From: Piromyces finnis finn
Taxonomy: Eukaryota; Fungi; Neocallimastigomycota
Length of the DNA: 64,000 nt
Direction of reading: 5' to 3'
NCBI GenBank assembly: GCA_002104945.1
Contig: MCFH01000042.1
Span: forward strand, 1 to 64,000
In this document: in pieces, positions 56,830-64,000 of the stretch
Layout: every line of letters starts with the position of its first letter
Numbering within the stretch: position 1 is the stretch's first letter
Notes under the pieces: generated by a model
What the model was told of the DNA's origin: nothing
What the model saw: the letters and a program-made list of their open reading frames with translations, nothing else
The model's database searches: none
Translations under genes and position numbers: made by a program

Positions 56830-58669
56830 AAATATTTACTTATAAATAAATTTACTTAACCTATAATAGAAGAGATATTCAGTTCCAATTTTTATTGCTC
56901 CAGATCCAAGAGAACTTATGGAAGCTCCAGCAAATAATGATGTTAATAAAGTAAAACGTCAAATGGGTATGGTTTATAAGATTTGGACTGATACTCACAA
57001 GGCTTTATGTGAAGCTACAGCTCAAGCTGTTAATGTTTCTTCAGAAATTCCAACTCTTAAGGCTGTTATCTCATTTATTTTAATGAAAAAATTCTTCCTT
57101 GAAGTTGGTAAGAAGTTACCACCAATGGCCATTATGGATAACTGGAAGGTTAATGATATTGTAACATTTGTTAACCGTGCTAATGGTACTGGTAGATTTT
57201 TAGATAAATTAGAATTCGATGACACTGAACAAATGGGTTTAATTCTCGTTTCACTTCGTTACAGTACTGAACCATACATTTTAGCTGGTGCTGCTTGGGA
57301 ATTAGCCAATCATGATATTGAATTAGCTGTCAAACTTCTTTGTCCATCACTTTATTCTTTAAAAAACAGAGATTATGATTTCCTCGGTCAAGAAGTCGCA
57401 AATTTACGTATTTACTGGCAAGGAGAATGTACTGCTGAAGATGATGACGATTATAAAATTGCTAAACTTTTTGAAGTTGGTGCTAATTGTGATGATCAAT
57501 GCATGAAATTATGGGATATTCTTTACCAAAGAATCGAAAATTCACTTAACCCATGTGGTGTTCCACAATTTGTCAATTTATTAGGTGGTTTTTCATTAAA
57601 TGGTACATGGGATTACACTGAATTAGCTAATTTCATTAATACTAAATTAACTTTAGAATGGATGGATAGACGTTATGGTGATGCTGGTAGATTAGTTTCT
57701 CTTATTTGGGATCGTGTTTACAATTTAATTGTTGAAGAAGAAGATAATACCGAAGAAAAGAAAGAAGAAAAAATAGAAAATATGAGAGAATTCCTTGACA
57801 TGATTACTCAAATTGATGACGATTATAGAGCTAATCAAATTTTCCTTCATATGAATTTACCAGAATTTGCTACTACTGATATTACCGCAAATATGATTGA
57901 TGAAGATCCAGTCAGAAATCAATTCTACAAGTACACTAGCTGTCGTGAATACCCATTATTCTACACAAGACATGCTTTTGAACTCACTGACCACCATATG
58001 ACAAAAACTTTAGATATTATGGCATGGTGGAAGGAATACCGTAATCCATTCAGTGTTTCTGCTAATCAAATTTGGGATTGCATTTTCAATGATAAGGAAA
58101 CTGATGAAGATTGCTTATATGTTAATTTTGGTAATTTCGAAGATTTTGATAAAGTTGCCCACGAATTAATTAAGAATAACTCTTTCCGTAAGGGAGTTGA
58201 TATTGAAGAAGAAGAAAAGAAATTCTTAATGGCATTCACTGATTTAGCTTCTGGTAAAAGTCCAACTCAAAACCATCAAGTAAATAGCAGATATGTTTCT
58301 TTACCACATTCTGATAAGCATTATAATAAACCACATTCTGTTAAGTCTATGAATAGAGAATATGGTGATAACAGAACTATTTCAAGTGACTCCACTCAAG
58401 ATATGATTATTCGTAAGAGTAAATCACCAGCTGAATTAAAGAAAAGTCAAAAGAAACACAAGGCTACTCGTAGATCATCAAAGATGGAAAAGAAGACATC
58501 AAAGGATAATTTACGTAAACAAGGTCGTACTTTCTCAACACATAATTATAAGAATGATAAATTAAAGACTATTAGTGATTCCCCAGAAGCTGATGAATTA
58601 ACTGATTCTATGGAAAAGGTTGATATCAATGAAGAAGAAGATGCTGTTGCAGCTGATGTATTAAATTAA
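56287..58669 (+). CDS. Hypothetical protein, ~613 aa, 2 exons, no family recognised
   Basis: Exon 1 56287-56328 (MSVVSGASSSRKGK|gtaaat) splices in phase 0 to exon 2 56870-58669 (tag|KRYSVPIFIAPDPRELMEAP...), extending the 583-aa track ORF by 30 aa. The codon style (ttc, tac, aag, cgt, ggt, gct) resembles the neighbouring coronin and DRG2 genes. The core is globular and W/C-containing, and the tail is basic and Ser-rich. Confidence 0.85.
56761..56830 (+). repeat. (TAAAA)n/(TAAA)n microsatellite in the orphan gene's 541-nt intron
   Basis: taaaataaaataaaataaaataaataaataaataaataaa... lies just upstream of the likely branch point acttaac. Similar (TAAA)n arrays occur at ~54752-54790 and ~56168-56195, and (TTTA)n at ~53448-53470. 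Confidence 0.85.
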
Positions 58670-59701
58670 AATTAGAACTTTTTTTATTTACTTCATTTAT
58701 TATCAAGAAACTTTCAATTCTTATTATGTATATTTAAATATGATATAATATCTTGATCCTCATTTTTCTTCATATTTATATTTAATATACATATATCTTA
58801 ATCATTTTATTTATTTATTTTTTTTCCTAATTTATAATTCTTTTTATAGTAATGATGTAAATATTATTTTTTAAAGAGAATTATAAAAAGCTAAAAAAAA
58901 GAAAGAGATTCACCTATGTAAAAGTAGTATCTAAAAAAAATTTAGTTTTAGATGCAAATTATAATTTTAATTTTTTTAATCTGTATATATAAATACCAAA
59001 ATTTATTAAAAAAAAATAAAAAATTAAAAAATATATATAAAACTTTTTCATTTTATTATTTATTTATTTATTTATTTTTATTTTATTTTATTTTTTTTTT
59101 TTTTTTTTAAAAAAAGTTTGTCTAATTGTATGTTAAAAGAAGTAGAGATAGAGTAATAAAAAGCACTTTATAAATTTTATTTAAACAATACCCAACAAGG
59201 CTATAAATGTTCAAGAAAATTTACAAAACTTTATAAAGGTTGAAATTGAATTTCACGACAATTAAATACAAATGTAATAATGACATTATTACATTCTATC
59301 TTTACTTAAGTTTATTATATTATACCTATGTTTTATTTACTTGCTTTTTTTTTTTTTTTTTATTATGCCTTTTCAATAAAATTATTATTATAATATATGC
59401 TTTATAAAAAGAAAAAAGTTTAATTTTTATAAAATTTTTTTCATATATTAATAAAAATTTTTATTCGATAGTATAGATCAAAAAAAAAAAAAAAAAAAAA
59501 ATTTTTTTTATTAGAAAATAAAGATTTCAAATGAATTTTCTTTTTTAATAAAAAAAAAATAAAGAAAATATTTATAATTATATCCAGAAAATAACAACAA
59601 CAACACCATTTACATAGTATTTTAAATTAAATAAATCAGTAAAAAAAAAAAAAAAGTATATAAATAATTAAAATTTAATTTTTTTAAATTTCAATAGTGA
59701 T

Positions 59702-61672
59702 ATGGAATCAAATAAACCCTATTTATTATTTAATGTTCCTCAAGGATTTGAACATGTTGCATTGGAAGAAATCCTTGAAAAAATTCCAGAATTACAATCC
59801 GTAGAATATATTATACCACCTCTTTATGGGTTAATTTATTTTAAAGATTGCTCTATACTTACTGTTGATATGTTAATAAAATTTAAGAGTCTTCTAAGTA
59901 TTGATAATGTATTTGTTGGAATTGCAGAATATAATGTTGATTTAGGAGAACGAAATCAATTACCAAAAGAAGAAAAATATAAATTTATTGAAGATGCTTT
60001 ATATGAAGGAAACTGGTTACACGCATTAAATGTTTGGCATTTTTGTACAGAACATCATATTGATGAAATAAATTATGAAAGCTTTTGTTCGGCAGGTTTC
60101 AGTGAAATGTATTCATTACCTAATAATAACAATAATACTAATAATAATTGTATACATGAGCCAAAAAAAATAAAAGTTAATAAAGAAAATAAACAAAAAG
60201 AAAATGATAATAATAGTTTATCTACATTTGAAGCAAGAAATAATTATATATCAAAAATTTTAGAGTGTCGTCAACAAAATCTATTTGACCTTCAACAATG
60301 TAATTACATAAATAGCGAAATAGAGGGTTATAAAGATCTAACTCAAAGAGAAATTGCTTTTCGTGGAACCTTTTTAAAATATGATTATAAATCAAAAGAA
60401 ATTAGAACACAACAATTAGCATCCTATTTGGGTGATGCTACTTTTAAAAAATTTATGGAAGTAGGAGGTCAAGAATTATTCAAAGGTAAATTAAAAGTAA
60501 ACTTAAAACAATGGGATTTAGAAGTATGGAGTGCTTTTATTAAAAGTAAAAATTGGGAAATCGGTGAAAAAGATAAGCATTGTGGAATAGCTGGTGTTCA
60601 TGAATTAAAAGAAGGTGAAAAAATGAAGGAAGAAAATAAAAAAGATACCATCAATGGCAGTGTTAACACTAGTACTTACGATAAATATAAAATTCTTTAT
60701 GGAATTACTCTTCCTTTAAATAATTATGTAAAAAACGATAAATCAATTAATCATAGAAATCGTTGTAAATTCGGTAGAACTTCATTGAGGCCAACTGTTG
60801 GTAAGTAATACTTATTATTATCATCAATATTATTTATTATTATAATTATTACCAATAGAACTATTTAATAACTTTAAAAAAAATATAAATAAATATTATA
60901 AATTATCTTGGTTCCCCTTTTTTTTTATTTGTTCATTTATAGCTTATTGTATATCAAGATTTTCAAATATTCAACCTGGAATGGTGGTAGTAGATCCATG
61001 TTGTGGTGTATGTATTTGTATATATTACTTTTTTATTTTGATTCATTATTTAATTATAAACAATATTATTTAAAAATAATTTATTAAAAAATTATTTTTC
61101 AATAACAAAAAATAAAAAAAAAAAAAACTTAAAAGGTTGGAACAATTCCGATTGAAGCTTCCTGTTTGTGTCCTAATGCAATGTATTATGGGGGTGATAT
61201 TGATCAAGATGAAATTAATGATTGTGCTCTTGAAAACATAAAATATATGACCAAGTTAACGGGAAAAAGACCACCTATAGATATATTTATTTGGAATTGT
61301 AAAAAGATACCTTTCGGTGATGATTCAGTTGATAGAATTGTAACAGGTAAACAAAAGATTTATTGTTTCATTATATATTCTTTTTTTATTAATTAATGTC
61401 TTTTTTTTTCCTCCCTCCTTTAAAAAAAAAAAGATTTACCTTGGGGTTTCCGTGAACTTAGTTATGTAGAAAACCGTAGATTGTATCCTCCACTTTTCCG
61501 TGAGTATAGTCGTATTATTAAACCTTCTGGTCTTATAATATTAATGACATCACAACGTAAGCTTGTACGACAAATTATGGGCTATGGGTGGTGTAAATTA
61601 GATCTTCTCTATTTTACTGAAGTTGTGGTTGGATATACAGTTGGACTTTACGTTTTTAAGAAAAGAGAATAA
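59702..61672 (+). CDS. THUMPD3: THUMP-domain SAM-dependent N2-guanine methyltransferase (THUMPD3/Trm14-like), 4 exons
   Basis: Exons 59702-60800, 60943-61007, 61136-61346 and 61434-61672 are in frame. N-terminus LFNVPQGFEHVALEEI...LLSIDNVFV; THUMP end KVNLKQWDLEV. Methyltransferase part: FGRTSLRPTVAY, VVDPCCGVGTIPIEA (SAM motif I), YYGGDID, WNCKKIPFGDDSVDRIVTDLPWG (DLP[FW]G amino-MTase motif), RRLYPPLFREYSRII. It is closer to THUMPD3 than to THUMPD2 by motif recall; orthology is not proven. Confidence 0.82.
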
Positions 61673-62564
61673 TAATTTAAAAACAAAATAGTCTTTAGAC
61701 TATTATATTTAGATTTTAAACAAATATATATTCGTTTTTAATTATCACATTTTCAAATATAACCTTATTTTAATATAAAAATACCAATATATTTAAAGAT
61801 GAGTTAATAAATAGAATAAAAAAATAATTATAGGCTTTTTATGTTTTTCTGTATTTTGAATCATTTTTTAAAACAAAAAAGCGTTAATCTAATTTAATTA
61901 TAAATGTAAATATTTTCAGCGTTTTTTTTTTTTTTTATTATTAATAAGAATTTATGATTTAATCGAAAATTTTTTATATTAAAAGGTAAATCGAAATTAA
62001 TTTAAATTATTTTAATTAATTAAAAATATATTTTTTTAAATATAATTAGATTTAGAAAATAATATATATATATTTTTTTTTCTTAAAAAAAAAGAATAGA
62101 ATAAATGTAGTTTATTTATTTAAATAAAAAAGAAAGGTTTAAATTGAAATATAAAAAAGTAATGCTAAAAATATATTTAATATAAATAATATAATAATAG
62201 TTAAGTGAACAATAAAAAAATATAATACTTAAAAACCGAAAATACTATTGAATTTATATATAGTAAATAATAAAAAATATATATATAGGAACAAGAAAGA
62301 AGCAAAATAAAAAAAATAAAGTCTAAATTGCATTAAATAAAATATACAAAATTATAAAAGTTTATATATAAAAGAATTATTTATTTTCGGTGTATATTTT
62401 TCTTTCTTTTATCTAATTTTTCTTTTTTTCTTTTTTCTTTTTATTTTTTTTTTATTCTTAATTCTTTATTTTTTCATTGGTAAGGATAAAATTGAATTAT
62501 AATAAATACTGTATATAGAAATTTTGAATAGTGAAACAACATAAATTATAATTTATAATTCATC

Positions 62565-64000
62565 ATGGATAATGGGGGTTTTTACAATAATTATTCCAAT
62601 TCCAATAATAAAAAGGAATTTATGGAAAAAACATTAAAAGAAAGACAAGAGAGAAAAGAAAAAATGAAATATGAAAAAGAATTAAAAGAAAAAATAGAAA
62701 GTGGCTCTATTATTTATCAATATTACAAAAAATATAAAACTAAAAAGGAATGTATAGGTATGTTAATGAAAGAATGGGAACAAAAAATTGGATATGTTGA
62801 AGATAAAAATAAAAAAGAAATTCTTTCAAAACCAATAAAAAAGAAGTATGACGCTAATGAATTATTATGGATTGGAAGAATTTTTTGTTATCTTCATAAA
62901 AATAATTATTTTAAATCTGACCAAGATTTAAATGCTCATACTGTCATTTTAACCAAAATATATTGTGATAATAATATATTATCTATATTTCGTGATGTTA
63001 AAAAAGAAGGAGAACTTCGAAATATTCTAAAATATTTATTATTGGTAGCAATGGATGTTGTTATTACAAACTCTGCCTTGGTACCCTATAGTGGTCAGGA
63101 ATTAATTTTTGCTTTAAAATATTTAGATGGTAAACAGTATTCTAGTTTAGATAACGGTGACTTTATTATTGATAATATCCATGAATATTTAAAAGATCAA
63201 GAACTATATCGTCGTTTGAATGAACTATTAACTAAAAAAATGGAGGCTTTTGTTAATAATAAAACACCTACTAGATCCGTTTCATTATGGATTAATGCTA
63301 TTATACGTTGTACTCTTCTTACCATTGAATACAATTTAAATACTGTAGATAAAGATATTAAAGAACGTGTCCAAAATAGAATTGTACTTTTAATTATTAA
63401 TATTTTTACTGTGCCAGTTTTAGCTAGCATTTTAAGTGATCAAGGTGTAAAGATGGTTGAACAGTCGAAGGTTATTCCAATGGGAATAAAACTTTTGAAT
63501 GAAAATGATCAACTTCGAAGAATACTATTTAATATATTGGAAGGTGAAAGAACATTCTTCTTAATTGCAAATATAACAAAGTTTATTGAAGTTCTTCATT
63601 TAATTTCAGATCATGATCTCATTCAAACCAAACCTACTAAAACTGGAACGTCATTTAATTCACCTCTCACTAATGATGATTTAATTATTCTATTGACATT
63701 TTTAGCCCTTCATTGTCAAAGATTTATTCATGAAAAGAACACTGGAAGTTCATTGATATATCATCCAATATTTAATTGGTACTCAGGTAAAAAGAAGGAA
63801 AAAATATCCTTAGATCTATTTAAACAAGCTATTAATCAATTAAGTTATCTTTGGAGTTTACCATTTATGTTAATAGTCTTCAAACCAATACTTACTTATA
63901 ATTCTCAGGAGTTAATTATCTCATCAAAGACAATACTTTCTATTTACATTAAAGATATATGCAATTTTTATCTTGCTTTAGCGAAAATTATTGGAAATCA
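62565..64000 (+). CDS. UBE3B: UBE3B-like HECT E3 ubiquitin ligase, N-terminal part (runs off the window)
   Basis: Open frame from ATG 62565 to the edge (478 codons), absent from the ORF track. Segments parallel animal UBE3B: KEFMEKTLKERQERKE...SGSIIYQYYKKY (IQ-region), LLIINIFTVPVLASIL, LEGERTFFLIANI, YHPIFNWYSGK...AINQLSYLWSLPFMLIVF, IKDICNFY. The HECT domain itself is not in the window. Confidence 0.75.
   Translation, partial: MDNGGFYNNYSNSNNKKEFMEKTLKERQERKEKMKYEKELKEKIESGSIIYQYYKKYKTKKECIGMLMKEWEQKIGYVEDKNKKEILSKPIKKKYDANELLWIGRIFCYLHKNNYFKSDQDLNAHTVILTKIYCDNNILSIFRDVKKEGELRNILKYLLLVAMDVVITNSALVPYSGQELIFALKYLDGKQYSSLDNGDFIIDNIHEYLKDQELYRRLNELLTKKMEAFVNNKTPTRSVSLWINAIIRCTLLTIEYNLNTVDKDIKERVQNRIVLLIINIFTVPVLASILSDQGVKMVEQSKVIPMGIKLLNENDQLRRILFNILEGERTFFLIANITKFIEVLHLISDHDLIQTKPTKTGTSFNSPLTNDDLIILLTFLALHCQRFIHEKNTGSSLIYHPIFNWYSGKKKEKISLDLFKQAINQLSYLWSLPFMLIVFKPILTYNSQELIISSKTILSIYIKDICNFYLALAKIIGN

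Noticed and set aside
51350-63430. Minus-strand ORFs 51350, 52196, 57022 and 63197
   Set aside because: Antisense to coronin, the orphan gene and the UBE3B-like coding sequence.

Overview
Eukaryotic, extremely AT-rich, intron-rich genomic DNA. The composition, long A/T homopolymers and gene content fit an anaerobic gut fungus (Neocallimastigomycota); this taxon call is inference. The ORF track mostly shows exon fragments and antisense shadows, so I rebuilt gene models by hand from GT..AG junctions and reading-frame continuity. Eleven protein-coding genes, in order: an RSC7/NPL6-type chromatin-remodeller subunit (-, cut by the left edge), DRG2/RBG2 GTPase (+), a ~2860-aa PH-RhoGAP (+), DUS2 (-), YTA7/ATAD2 (-), cytoplasmic dynein heavy chain (+), FEX fluoride channel (-), coronin (+), an unrecognised ~613-aa codon-optimised protein (+), a THUMPD3-like m2G methyltransferase (+) and a UBE3B-like E3 ligase N-terminus (+, cut by the right edge). 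I saw no tRNA, rRNA, CRISPR array or intact mobile element. Most notable: the orphan gene with internal repeated motifs; a PH domain apparently split by ~700 aa of low-complexity sequence; animal-like THUMPD3 and UBE3B genes that budding yeast lacks; a high fraction of AAG 3' splice sites; and a 5'-to-3' codon-usage shift along the 13.7-kb dynein exon.
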